Shown here: piece after piece, positions 1 through 12,241 of the stretch
Layout: each line of letters starts with the position of its first letter
Numbering within the stretch: the stretch's first letter is position 1
DNA from: Vicugna vicugna
Taxonomy: Eukaryota
Assembly (NCBI GenBank): GCA_013265495.1
Contig: MU058485.1
Span: 62,001-119,689 of the forward strand
Length of the DNA stretch: 57,689 bases
Direction of reading: 5' to 3'
Translations under genes and position numbers: made by a program
The notes under the pieces: model-generated
Told to the model about the DNA's origin: nothing
Seen by the model: only the letters and a program-made list of their open reading frames with translations
The model's database searches: none

Positions 1-1050
1 GAGGAATAACTCTCCCAGACTTCAGAAAATACTGTAGAGTTACACTCATCAAGACAGCATGGTATTGGTACAAAAACAGATATATAGACCAATGGAACAG
101 AATAGAAAGCCCAGAAATGAACCCACAAACTTTTGGTCAACTAATCTTTGACAAAGAAGGCAAGAATATACAATGGAATAAAGACAGTCTCTTCAGCAAG
201 ATAAACATAAGACAAGATACAATAAACCTCCAGGAAGAAAATACAGGCAAAATATCTGACACACATCTCAGAAATGTTCCCCTAGGGCAGTCTACCCAAG
301 CAATGGAAATAAAAGCAAGAATAAACAAATGGGACCTAATGAAACTTACAAGCTTCTGGACAGCAGAGGACACCATAAGTAAAACAAAAAGACAACCTAC
401 AGAATGGGAGAACATTTTTGCAAATGAAACTGACAAAGGCTTGATCTCCAGAATATATAAGCAGCTCATATGACTTAATAAGAAACAACCAAATAACCCA
501 ATCCAAAAATGGGCAGAAGACCTAAACAAGCAATTCTCCAAGGAAGACATACAAATGATCAATGGGCACATGAAAAAATGCTGAATATCACTAATTATCA
601 GAGAAATGCAAATCAAAAGTACAATGAGGTATCACCTCAAACCATCATTCAAAAATCCACAAATGACAAATGCTTGAGAGGCTGTGGGGAAAGGGGAACC
701 TCCTACACTTCTGGTGGGAATGCAGTTTGGTGCAGCCACTGTGGAAAACAGTATTGAGTTTCCTCAAAAGACTAGGAATAGACTTGCCATATGACCCAGG
801 AATCCCGCTCCTGGGCATATATCCTGAAGGAACCCTACTTCAAAAAGACACCTGCACCCCAATGTTCATAGCAGCACTATTTACAATAGCCAAGACATGG
901 AGTCAGCCTAAATGTCCATCACCGGATGACTGGCTAAAGAAGTGGTATATTTATATAATGGAATACTACTTGGCCACAAAAACTGACAATATAAGGCCAT
1001 TTGCAGCAACATGGATGCTCCTGGAGAATGTCATTCTAAGTGAAGTAAGC
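1..1050 (+). mobile_element. LINE-1 fragment (3' part of ORF2), degenerate, internally deleted near 198 and 3'-truncated
   Basis: Translations match L1 ORF2p C-terminal motifs ([58 protein letters not shown]). Frameshifts present; similarity ends abruptly at ...tgaagtaagc with no poly(A). Confidence 0.95.
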
Positions 1051-1078
1051 ACGGTAACAAGGAATAAAGAGAAGTTAC

Positions 1079-1213
1079 CTCCAGGTAAAATTATTTTGAT
1101 TAAAATATCCATACAGAAAGCAAGTCACCCCCACGACTGCTGCCAGGAGGAGCATCTGAGTGTAATAGCCCAGCCACGCAAAGTAGATTCCGACCTTCTC
1201 TCAGTACAATTTA
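1079..1213 (-). pseudogene. ANO6: ANO6 pseudo-exon (about exon 8, first transmembrane region)
   Basis: Reads [43 protein letters not shown], then GTAAC donor. In-frame TGA at the Gly position; acceptor reads AA instead of AG. Confidence 0.92.
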
Positions 1214-1284
1214 TTGCAGAAAGACAGAAAGTAGTTTCAGAAGACACACATAATCACTCTGTGGCTTCACCCTCATGTTAATTT

Positions 1285-1414
1285 CTTTTTCTTTGTTTTT
1301 TTGTGGGGGCATAATTAGGTTTATTTACTTGTTTTTTAAATGGAGGCATTGGGGGTTGAACCCAGGACCTCATGCATGCTAGGCATGCACTCTACCACTG
1401 AGCTATACTCTTCC
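1285..1414 (-). mobile_element. Camelid tRNA-derived SINE (Vic-1-like)
   Basis: Reverse complement has tatagctcagtggtagagtgcatgcctagcatgcatgaggtcctgggttcaa (pol III A/B boxes) and an A-rich tail with the cctaatta motif. Confidence 0.85.
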
Positions 1415-3854
1415 TGCATCATATTAATTTCTGATTCTAAATCAAGGGGGCTTTAAGTTTAAACCTCTGACTCAATTCACACTTAAAACGTATGTGTTTT
1501 CATAGCAGCCCCCAAATTCTACCGTGAAATAAGAAGTATTTTATGTGTCATAGAAGTACAGATCACTGGTTCACCTGCTGAAGAGAGATAAATGAGAACA
1601 GAGCAAAGGAGGGAACAAGGCTAACTCCAGAGCAAATGCAGGGGATCATCATCACTCATTTGACAGTCTGGCACATTCAACAAATCCCCTCAAAGATCAT
1701 TCTTAACAGGCTTGACACAAGTGGACATCAACAACTGGCTCAGTCATCTCCTCCTGCCTTATCTCGGGAACTTCCCTGGAGCAAATGCATCGTAAACCAC
1801 AGATAATAAGGAAATGGCTGATAATGATAACAACTGGGAGTGCAATATCTCTCTGACAAAATATTTATAAAACTCATTGTGGGAATGGGAGAGGGCAGGA
1901 GGGATGTGGCTGAGTAAGGTACTGCCCTGTATTCTTTGTATCTAGCACGACTGTAGTTGTTCCTATAAAAACTCTTCAATGTTTCTCAGTTAATCTGGAG
2001 TAGATGGAACAGGCCAGGGAGGCAAGATTAGAAGAAAGGAGGCAGGGCGTGAAGCAGTGCCAGGCTGGTCCTGAAAGGGAGAAAGATACAGACAGGCAGA
2101 CACAGAGGGTTTAGGGATGAGGCGGAACAATGAGACGGCTGCTCAGGTGTGTCTTGCTGTTGCTGATACTTCCCTCAACTGGCTCACTGCTGACTCGGCA
2201 GTGCTGGGTAAAACCTGTGGATTTCCTCAGCTCTGAGTTCTCTCTGAGGCTTCCGGCTCAGTCTGGAGCTGAGATGAGCTCCGTAGGCTTAGCCTAGGGG
2301 GAACTCCGCTCTGAGAACAGCCTACAGTCCTGGGAAACATCACGCAGGAACCCCCTTGGGCTGGACCAGCGCTCACAGGGCTGCTGTGAGACCAGCTCCA
2401 TTGTCAGAGACCTGGGCGTGGACCATTCCATGGGGAAAAGGGCTGAGCCTGATGCCAAATCAGATAGGAGGGACAAAGTGTGTTCACTCTCATGTGACTG
2501 GGCTTTGTGGCCTGGCTCACGGATGGCAGGCTCAGGATGGTGTCTGGCAGAGAAAACCCTGGCAATGGGTTTGAGATGTCTTGGACTCTTACTTGTTAAG
2601 TTTTTGTAACACATTCTTATCAACTATCCGTCCTGAAAATGCCACATTCAAAACTGAAAGAATGTTAGAAGATTCCTGCTCCAGCTGCCCAATGGTAAGC
2701 ACACCCTGCTACAGTTAGAGAGCTGGTCAGGCAGCCTCTGCCTGGATGTTTACAGTGATGGGGAGTTCATTACTTCTAAAGGTTACATGTCGGCAAGAAG
2801 GTCAGAAAGAATTTTTGAACCTTAAACAGATGTCTGCCTCCTAGTCCTTGCTGAAAGGCTAGGAATAATGAGGATCCCTTCAAATGTAGTTTTGTCTGAT
2901 TGTCATCTCTCTCTGTCAAAAACACCCCAATTCTTAACATCAATTTTTCAAAATTCAGCTTTGATTTCTTTTTATCAAAGTTATACCATACATTCATTAA
3001 AGAGTCAAACAGTTTTCGAACACTGATTGTTAAAAGGAGCAGTTCCCAACAACCGCCCCATTTCCTGGCCAGAAGCAACCATGTTCAGCTCCTACTGCTG
3101 ACTCTTGGAATAATTACTCCCTATCTCTGACTAATATCCTTGTAACACAGCCTATTGACTTTTTCAGCTTTATGTATCACCTATTTAACTTTCTATTTTG
3201 GAAAATGAGGATTAAGCTCTCTTTCAAACCCCATCTCATCTACACACCCAAACCTTCATTCTCCCAATCTTTTGATACAATTACATTATAATTTTGATCA
3301 GCTCAGTATCCTTGCTTTACATTATTAGGACTGTGTACAGACTGTTCACAACTGTAGCAAGTTGCCTGCTAGGCTTACTTTTTTCTTCCCTACTTTGTTT
3401 TCCTGGAGTTAATAATTGTCTTGGTGGTTCATAGCTTAGATTTCTGTGCACTTAACAATTCAACCCCAGATCTTCTCCTAATGAATAACGTTCTCAATAC
3501 TTTACAATATATTGTCTACAAATTTCATCTCCTTGAATAAATCTCTTCAGATCTCCTTCAACCTGGATTAATGACATGCTAGTCTAGTCACAGAGCTCAA
3601 GGGGCCACTAGTGGGAAGCAACAAAGGGAACACATGGACCAGGACTAGGGAACAGATCAACATATTTTCCTTAGCAAAACACACTTAAAATAGTGGGAAA
3701 ATTGTTTTCTTTACAAACACAAATACACACAAAATTCTCAAAAGCACATAAAGAATTATTAAAGAGCCATCAAACCCATTGCCCTGCCATCAAATACTGT
3801 ATAACATAAAACAAAAATAACAGAAGGAAAATATCATAAAAATATGAATCTCAA

Positions 3855-3945
3855 GGGGGATGGGGTAAACTCAGTGGCAGAGTGTGTGCTCAGCATGCAT
3901 AATGTCCAAGATTCAATCTTCAGTACCTCTATTAGAAAAAAAAAT
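3855..3945 (+). mobile_element. Camelid tRNA-derived SINE (Vic-1-like), diverged
   Basis: gggggatggggtaaactcagtggcagagtgtgtgctcagcatgca...gattcaatcttcagtacctc followed by an A run. Confidence 0.8.
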
Positions 3946-5670
3946 TTAAGAAGAAAAGAAAAATGTATCAACTTTAAATATTTACATATGTACAAACATC
4001 TTTTAAAACTTTGTTCTACAGGATAACCCTGGTTAATGAGGAAGTGCCTCTTCATGACTGTGATCCTGCTGATAATTGAGGAAGCTAGAGTATGACCACA
4101 TGAAATAAAATCCCTTATGAAATAATGATCCCGGATGACAATCATTATTGGCTGCTGTCATCACAAAATAGAGAGTCAACTGAACATTATGTACCTTATG
4201 ACAGGAGTCCAAAACTTCACATAGCAAGTATTCTTGCACAAAGTTGAACCTCAATCAGATCAAGCTTTTAGGGGAGGATCAAATCACTTAGCTAAAGCAA
4301 ATATATAGAATGGAGAACAAGTCTAACACCACAGGGGAGAATGAAATCAGCCAAACAGGAAATAGAGAAACCCCTCAGCAATTTCAAGGAAAATGAGAAA
4401 CAGGAAAATTATAGATTAGAACCCACTTGAGAGATATGCTAGCTGCAATGTCTGAACCTAGTCTGGATCCTGATTTCAACCCCAAAACTACTTAAAAGTG
4501 TATTTTTGTGACAATCAGGAAATTACTTTGTAACCCTAAAAAAAAGGAATATTCCAATTGTATTTGAAAGAGACCTTGTCATTTCACTAATGAAAGGTTA
4601 AGCTGTGTAAGATTGTCTTCAAAATGATCCCGTAGTGGGGGAGGTGAGGAGGTGGAGATGAAAGATGCAACAACAGTGACTCTGAGTTTGTAATTTGTAA
4701 TTGAGCTGGGTGACTGATACAGGCAGGCTGGCTGTGCTGTTCTCTCTACTTCTGTACATGGTTGAATATTTCCATAAAATGTGAAACAGACAAAGACTTC
4801 AGTGTTTAAAAACCCTCACTTTGAAGGTTAAGAGGTTTGCCCAAGTAGGTGGGCACCTGCATGGGGCACTGAGATTAGAAAGAACAGGCACCTGGCTCCA
4901 GGCCGACCTGGGGCTACCTTGACCCTCCTCTTCTCCTCACCATCCACAGCCAGACCGTAACTGCATCCTGTCAGCTCCAATCCCCAAACGTATTCCTCCC
5001 TGGCTTCCACCATCTCTCATCTGGCCCACTCCAAGAGCCTTCTACCCGGCCTCCCTGCTTCCTGGGTCCCTGCAATTCATTCTCCACATTATCTTTGCAA
5101 AATGTGAGTGAGAGAAAATTACTTTATTGCTTAAACTATCATGACTGCACTTAGAGTCTACACTCCTTTCCGTGCTCCTGATGCCCTTCTAGACCTCGTG
5201 TCTCATCACTTTCACCAGTGCTGGCTCCAGTATCTCCTCAAACCTGCTGAGCACATTTGTGCCTCAGGGCCAATGGACAAGCTTCCTCTATTCCTGGGGT
5301 GACTTTTCCCAGATCCTCAAAGTCCAGCCTCCTTATCACCATCTCAGCTCACATGTAACCTACTCAAAGATAGCTTTCTTGACTCCCCCCCAAGTCTCCC
5401 ATCTCAACACTGTGTTATTTCCTTCATTTCAATCTGACATTGTTTCCTTATTCGCCCGATTATTTTTGTTTGCTCGGTTGTCCTTGGCCTCTCTCCCCCC
5501 AGCAGCCTTGCCCAAACAGCATAAGCTCCCTGCGAGCAGCCGGCACTGGTGCTCTGAGAAGACACATGGTGAGCGCGACATTACATTCACGTGGTGTAGT
5601 GAAACGGTGTCGAACAGCAGATACAGCAAAGCAGTGAGAATTTCTCTCTTATTTTATAATTTAAGTGAAA

Positions 5671-6100
5671 TGTAACATTTACTCCTGTTTAATGAAGAAT
5701 TTGGTAGGTCTTTGTTCCCCGTTCCTGGACAACAACCCCTAAGCCTTGAAATTTCCCAAGGTAGGAGTGACTTTGCTATTCATACTGGACCCTTGGATGG
5801 CTTGTGTTCATGAGATGACTCAGGATGGGGACTGTCCAGCCAGAGACACCAACCATATGATTAGAGGACTGGGGCTTTGAGCTTTGTGACAAGTGAGGTG
5901 CCACCAGGTGAGGAAGGGGCTCAACAGTTAGGGGTAAGGAAAGGTACGAGTTACAGATAGGGTTTGGGTTAGCCATGTTGGTAGTGACCCGATAAATCAT
6001 GTCTTTGTAATAAAGCCTCCAGTAAAAACTTGGGGCAACAAAGCTCAGAGCTCCTGTGAGCTCCCTGGTTGGTAACACTCTTGGAGGACTGTCACATTCA
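5671..6100 (+). mobile_element. LTR fragment, MER21-like
   Basis: Starts with TGT; gagatgactcaggatggggactg...accaaccatatgattagagg resembles MER21-family LTRs as recalled. Confidence 0.55.
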
Positions 6101-6158
6101 GATGACATGAGGGCAACCCTGAGCCCTTCCCACTGGAGTGCTCTCCACAGCAGCTCAC

Positions 6159-6273
6159 CTTATGAGATCTAAGGGCTGCTTCTTGTCTATGCTTCAAGGA
6201 GGAGCCCATTCCCTGTACAGAAGGCCCTGTTCGCTGGGGCAGCTGAGGTCCTCTGACGGAGGCTAAAGTTGCA
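6159..6273 (-). pseudogene. ANO6: ANO6 pseudo-exon (about exon 7)
   Basis: ttccag|CNFS(1-bp deletion)PSEDLSCPSEQGLLYREWAPP*SIDKKQPLDLIR|gtgagc; 115 bp. Confidence 0.92.
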
Positions 6274-7829
6274 CTGGAAAGCAGAAGCAAACAGGTGAGT
6301 GTAACTGTAACCATGTGTTCACATGTTCTGTTGATAAAATGTGCTAACACTTCGTGGTCATTTGTAAATAAGGGGCCCTCACTTGCCAGGAGGGATGGAG
6401 GTACCATATAATTTTTCATAATTCTCACCCAGGATTAATACTAACCCCTTGAGGGTCATTTGCAAACGTGGGTGGAAAGGAACGCTTGGATGTTACAGTC
6501 CTGGGGCCACTGTGGATACCTGGTGAAAGCCTTGCAGATGCTTAATGTCCTACAACTGGGCCAGTCTTCCACAGCAAAAAAACTAGGCCACCCAAGTGCC
6601 CAAACTGCTGCAGTGGAGGGACACCTGGCAGTCCAGTCCCCTCCTTGGACACCCAGAGGAACCTGGACTCTGGCAGGTTAGGGGCAGGGTCAATTCTAAA
6701 ACCCAGGCTTTTTTGTCCCCACAATTCAGTAGTTATTCAGTGACAGCACATGGAATATAAACAAAGAAACTTGACATGATGTTATATATTTAGCATACTC
6801 CAGAAACAAAATTTAAATCCAGTCATTCTCCTTCCCACCTGACCTACTTTCCTTTCTCCTGTACTAGAACCAGATTATTACCCAACCAGCCTTAACATGG
6901 GTCCTGTCTCCACTTACCTTCCCCCCAAACACCACATGAGATGATTCCTCAGCCTGGATGTGGGACCAGCAATTACAAGTGGCTTTAGTGGAAAAGAACT
7001 GGTTGTGCGCAGATGCCAACTAAGCACTAGAATCCTGGTGTCCCACATTAGTAATCATGACAGCTGTTTACAAGTGTCCCCAAAGTTCATTTCAGACTCT
7101 CACTAATTTTGCTGGGATATAAATATAAAACATGTGGACAGCCTGGCTGGACTGCTATGCTGGGTCTCTGATCCAGGAAGCTCAGTGTCTGCTCCCCGCA
7201 CTCAGCTCCCTGTTCTGTTCATGCATGTGCATCAAGCAGCTGTTTAGTGTCCATTTTAATATCTTAAACAGTGCATTTCAGTATTGTCTTCATCCACAAA
7301 TACGTGTACCACACAGTAGTAACGATCAATCTCAGTCTTTGCTTTCTTTTGTCTTAGAGATTCAGATAAATGGATAGCAAAGATAACAAAGTCATAGAGC
7401 TCTATAATATAGTGTTTCCTTTATTTCAATGACAGGATTTATTTAAAGAGCTTAGATATAACATCCTTGCATTTATGGCATCATTAAGCATCTGAAGCAG
7501 TTACATTTTAAAAACTTCATTTCATGAGAGATGTTATCAGTTAGAGAATTGTTCCTGAATTTGAGGGGTTGCTGTCATCTCAGACGGAGTCCCTAAAAAA
7601 CGTCAGCACTCTGCAGTATTGCCGTCATGACAAGAACCCAGACAGATGAAATTTGGAAAGCCCGGTGGCTTTCTAGTGCACAGACAGAAGATGGTATTTC
7701 AGAGGGAAAAAGCCTGAATTACAGAAAGTGATAAATGAAATGGTCTAACATGCATTTCCCTTACAAAGAACTAATACTTCTTTGGTTGATAATAACATGT
7801 CAGTAATTATGAAAAAAGCTGACAGATGC

Positions 7830-7985
7830 GTAGTACTTAATATTAGCTGGGGCTGTTCTAACATTGACAGATTCATTAATCCCCATAGCAACTCTACGAG
7901 GTTGGTACTATTATCTCCATTTTATTGATGAGCAAATTGATAAACACAGAGGCTAAATGACTTTTACAAGGTCGACAGCGAGAAA
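7830..7985. mobile_element. MIR SINE fragment
   Basis: Core ttaatccccatagcaactctacgaggttggtactattatctccattttattgatgagcaaattga. Confidence 0.7.
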
Positions 7986-8031
7986 CCAGCACAAGTGTTC
8001 CAGCCTGAGTCTACGCTCTTGGCCACTTCTC

Positions 8032-8190
8032 TTTTTTTTTTTTGGTGGCGGGTAGATAATAAGGTAATTCTGGTCAGTGGTGGGGAGGTAATTAGGGTTA
8101 TCTTTCTATTTTAGAGGAGGTGTTGGGGGCTGAACCCAGGACCTTATGCGTGCTAAGCATGCACCCCATCACTTGAGCTGTACCCTCCCC
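8032..8190 (-). mobile_element. Camelid tRNA-derived SINE (Vic-1-like)
   Basis: Poly(T), ggtaattagg, and tgaacccaggaccttatgcgtgctaagcatgcac...tgagctgtaccctcccc; flanked by agtcta(c/t)gctctt, a possible target-site duplication. Confidence 0.88.
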
Positions 8191-8469
8191 TCTCAAGTCT
8201 ATGCTCTTAGCTGCTAATCTGCACTGCCCCACATGGTAACTCTGGGGGAAATACAGTTCATTCATTCACTCATTAAGCTCAGCCTTCCCGGTGCCTGGGA
8301 TTCAGCAGTGAACAAGGCAACATGCTTCCTGCCCTAAATGAGCTTGTCGCCTCCTGACATATTATCTTCATTTTACCCAGGAAGAAACAAGGTCAAGAAG
8401 ATTAGCCTTTTCCTGTTAACACCTGAGGAGACATGAGGTGCTTTATTTCATTTCTGCCATTTGACTTAC

Positions 8470-8585
8470 ACCATGGGGAAGGAAAGCTGCCTTGCAGATC
8501 CCGGAGCTCACAAGCCTGCTAACCCCAAATTTTTTTTAACACTGTCCCTTACTTGATACTTGATCTGAGAAAGGATGATGTAAAC
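8470..8585 (-). pseudogene. ANO6: ANO6 pseudo-exon (about exon 6)
   Basis: tttag|VYIILSQIKYQVRDSVKK(+2 in an A8 run)FGVSRLVSSGICKAAFLPHG|gtaagt; 116 bp. Confidence 0.92.
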
Positions 8586-8809
8586 CTAAACAGATTCTAA
8601 GAGAATGTGTGGTTTATACAGGGTTACTAACCAGCCACTGTTTACTATCCTAATAGGAATCTGTAGGCATATTTCTTTTCTTTCTCTTTTTTCCTTTTTA
8701 TGGGCAGCTTTTAAAAACCAAACCAAACCAACCAAACCAAATCACTGATAATTCAACAGCAGGTTCTAAATCACCCCCAAGACAGCAGCTAAACTCGGTT
8801 TAGACTTAC

Positions 8810-9096
8810 AATGCGGCTTCTGGTGGCTGGATTGAAGAATGTATCTCTATCTTGAATATAAAAGTCATTCACACAGCTCTTCTCAAATAGGGCAATAAAA
8901 ACTCTTGCTCCAGCTTGATGATACTTTCATCCACTTGGGGGACTTTCATAAAACAGCTGAAATTATCAAAGGCTGAGGACCGGGTTTTCAGATCATTGGG
9001 CTTCAGAGGCAATTTTATATGCAGTATCTCAGCATATGTACAGAGCACCTCCCACAGGGTGTGTACTTTTGCAAATACAAGCTTGTCATCCAAAAC
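8810..9096 (-). pseudogene. ANO6: ANO6 pseudo-exon (about exon 5)
   Basis: atag|VLDDKLVFAKVHTLWEVLCTYAEILHIKLPLKPNDLKTRSSAF...EQEF(1-bp deletion)IALFEKSCVNDFYIQDRDTFFNPATRSRI|gtaagt; 287 bp. Confidence 0.95.
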
Positions 9097-9345
9097 CTAT
9101 ATTGGGAGAATGAGAACACAAACCAGGAAACTATTTTCACATTTTTAGTACACAGATTTTTCTTACGTTGCTGGTACTTAAAGCACTTGTGCAAACACAC
9201 ACACGTGACACTGGTAAGAGTGAAGATATAATAAAAATAGATTTGCAAATCATCATACATTTTTGCCTTAAAGATAATTTCTTTGTTTAAAATCCTTACA
9301 GTTCATTCATAAAATAACCAATGTTTTCATAAAATTACCAATGTC

Positions 9346-9520
9346 NNNNNNNNNNNNNNNNNNNNNNNNNNNNNNNNNNNNNNNNNNNNNNNNNNNNNNN
9401 NNNNNNNNNNNNNNNNNNNNNNNNNNNNNNNNNNNNNNNNNNNNNNNNNNNNNNNNNNNNNNNNNNNNNNNNNNNNNNNNNNNNNNNNNNNNNNNNNNNN
9501 NNNNNNNNNNNNNNNNNNNN
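9346..9520. other. Assembly gap (175 N)
   Basis: Run of N. Confidence 1.
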
Positions 9521-9954
9521 ATATTTATTGATATGGAATATATAATAAAAGGAAAAAGCAAAAAAATGTGAAATAATTTTCCTTTTTGGAAGGAAAACAT
9601 TTGAACAAAAAAATGTTTACAAGGATTTTAAGATTCTTTATGTATAATTAAGGTACAGATGATTTTTAATTCCACTGTTCTTTCATTTTGAATTTTGGGG
9701 GGTAAATTTTTATAATAAAAAATCTTTAAAAAGTTTCTTGCATAAATACATTAATAGATATAATTATGACTACACTCTCTGGCTATTAAAAAAGATCTCC
9801 TAGTTTTCGATCCAAAACATACATTCCATAATGCAGATTCTGACTGACTCGCCTCCCAGCCCACAGCGAATGCACGGTTAGGGTGACCTGTTTCAAATAT
9901 CATTCCAGGTAACATGCAGGCTCCCAGCCAATGGCTGCAAAGGGACTGACACAC

Positions 9955-10019
9955 TGATCTGGTTGCTCCCAGCTTCAGACCATCACAGATGAAGTTAGAT
10001 TCATAGGCTCATGTTTTCT
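9955..10019 (-). pseudogene. ANO6: ANO6 pseudo-exon (about exon 4)
   Basis: ttgacag|RKH(1-bp deletion)AYESNFICDGLKLGATRS|gtgtgt versus recalled ANO6 RKRQAYESNLICHGLQLEATRS; 65 bp. Confidence 0.9.
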
Positions 10020-10749
10020 CTGTCAAAAGAAATCAGAAAATGTTAGGCTTTTACTTTCACCAAGGGAACAAGAAGATGTTTGATTTTTTATGCAAAAAAA
10101 TAACAACAAACCAATTTGAACCTGATGAAAAGACATTTGCTTAAAACAGCACAGTAGCAATGAAGGTGCTCTGGCTGGCAGGGACTTGTTGGATTCCTGT
10201 GAGTGCTGGACTCCTCACATGGAATCCCCTTGGCACTCCAGAAGGCCTATGGTTGTCCCCATGGGTTTGTGCCATATGTGGCTCACAAAAGTCTCTGGCT
10301 TTGCCACAATTTCAAAGCCTTTTCTGGCTTATGAAAGGTTTTGCACTCAAGTGGAGTTTTCTTGAGTCCACTCACTGATGTCATTTACCAGATTATAGCC
10401 CAGATCTGACATTCTAGACTCTTAAAATATTGCAGACATTCAAATCGTTCAGGTTTGGATGTGTATTCACCTCTGCAGTCCCGGACCAAATTCGATAAAG
10501 CCTCCCGGACAAGTTCAGCAAAATGCAAAGAAATTTTTCTCTCTACAAGACTGAAATATCTGTGAAGCTATAAAAACTTCTGCATCTACAAAAATAGGGA
10601 ACCAACTCATCAATAACATATCTATCCATAATGCATGGCCATTTAAAAAAATACTGTATTTACTGCTATTAAATTCTATCTGGCTTTTGCCAAATTGTGT
10701 CCTAAACTGTAAGGAAAGTATATAAATGTAAAGAATTTTTGACCTTTTA

Positions 10750-11017
10750 AGAGAAAAAGGAACCCTCCTACTCGGTTGGTGGGAGTGTAAATTGGTGCAG
10801 CCACTCTGGAGGACAGTATAGAGGTTCCTTAAAAAACTAAAAATAGACTTCCATGTGATCCAGCAATCCCATTCATGGGTATATGTCTGGAGGAAAATAT
10901 AATTCAAAAAGACACATGCACCCCAATGTTCACAGCAGCACTATTTACAATTGCCAAGACACTGAAACAACCCAAATATTCACTGACAGATGACTTGATA
11001 AAGAAGGTGTGGTATAT

Positions 11018-11051
<34 letters not shown>

Positions 11052-11545
11052 TACATATCTACACACACACACATATATACACATGCACACACACACACAC
11101 AATGGAATACTGCTCAGCCATAAAAAATAAAATAATGCCATTTGCAATAACATGGATGGACCTACAGGGTATTATGCTAAGTGAAATAAGTCAGAGAAAG
11201 AAAAACAAATATTCTATGTATTAACTTATATGTATATCTAAAAAATAAAACAAATTAATGACTATAATAAAACAGAAATAGAGTCACAGGTGCACAGAAC
11301 TGACTGGTGGTTACCAATGGGGAGAAGGAGGATAGGGGATGCAGGAAGGGGTTAGGGGATTGAGAGGTAAAAAGTACTACGTATAAAATGGATAGGTTAC
11401 AGGGCTGTATCATACAGCACAGGGAAATATAGCCATTATTTTATGGTGACTTTAAATGGAATATAATCTATAAAAATGTTGAGCCTCTGTGTTTTACACC
11501 TGAAACTAATATGATGTAAATCAACTACTCAGTTACAAAATTTTT
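10750..11545 (+). mobile_element. LINE-1 3' end with internal (TA)n/(CA)n microsatellite
   Basis: [17 protein letters not shown] and IMPFAITWMDLQGIMLSEISQ motifs, then 3' UTR ending tacacctgaaactaatatgatgtaaatcaact. Confidence 0.93.
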
Positions 11546-11589
11546 AATCAAAGTTTTCTTTTCATATTATTTGCAGTAAGTTTGAAGCC

Positions 11590-11880
11590 AGCACTGTCAA
11601 TAGAAACATAGTGCAAGTCACAGTCTTCCAGTAATCCCATTTAGAAAATAAAAAGTAACAAGTGAAATTAATTCCAGTAATAATCATATTTATCCCAAAA
11701 TATCCAATGTACTGTCATTTCAATAGTGTGATTAACACTTTTAATACTTATTAATAAATATTTTACATTATTTTTGTTGTACGAAGTCTTGAAAATCTAT
11801 TATGTATTTTCCACTTATAGAACATCTCTATTCACAATAGCCACATGTGGCTGGTGGCTACCATACTAGACAGAGCAGAT
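11590..11880. mobile_element. hAT-Charlie non-autonomous element (MER3/MER33-like)
   Basis: Ends gcactgtcaatagaa and atagccacatgtggctggtggctaccatactagacagagcag are typical of these families. Confidence 0.7.
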
Positions 11881-12061
11881 TACACCATTCACACTTCTGA
11901 TCATTTACCTGCTCTTACTTATTTAAAAAAACTTGCAGAAAAGGGTTTAGATATTCCCTATATCAAACAAAGCAACCTTGATGGGTGGGGAGTATCTTCA
12001 TTATAAAGTGAAAAATAAAGGTAAGAGAGCCATGGTTACATGTATGTTAATGTAACAATAC

Positions 12062-12185
12062 CTTCTTAATTCATTCAGGACTTTACAATCTTTCTTCATA
12101 TGCCAAGGATTCACTGTTACTGTGCAGTTTTTCACTATTATCATCTTTGGAAGTGAGAGGCTTCTGATGACCCTGCTTTGTGCAT
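12062..12185 (-). pseudogene. KLHL2: Kelch-like 2 (Mayven) exon 2 copy, frameshifted
   Basis: tgtacag|a-CTKQGHQKPLTSKDDNSEK(2-bp deletion)CTVTVNPWHMKKDCKVLNELR-ag|gtattg versus recalled KLHL2 CTKQGHQKPLDSKDDNTEKHCPVTVNPWHMKKAFKVMNELRS; 124 bp. No other KLHL2 exon found. Confidence 0.92.
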
Positions 12186-12241
12186 CTGTACATAAAAGAA
12201 AATAACAAAACAGAGAAAAATACTTTATTAAAGATAATTTA

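Larger units (their letters stand above)
1079..10019 (-). pseudogene. ANO6: Unprocessed anoctamin-6 (TMEM16F) pseudogene fragment, five consecutive exons (about exons 4-8) with introns
   Basis: Five minus-strand exons in the correct order translate to consecutive ANO6 peptides; each has a frameshift and/or stop. Upstream ANO6 exons were not found in the window. Confidence 0.93.

Noticed and set aside
670..1281. 203-aa + strand ORF
   Set aside because: L1 ORF2 C-terminus reading through the junction into the antisense of an ANO6 pseudo-exon.
8869..9093. 74-aa ORF as functional ANO6 CDS
   Set aside because: Internal exon with a frameshift; all neighbouring exons are disrupted too.
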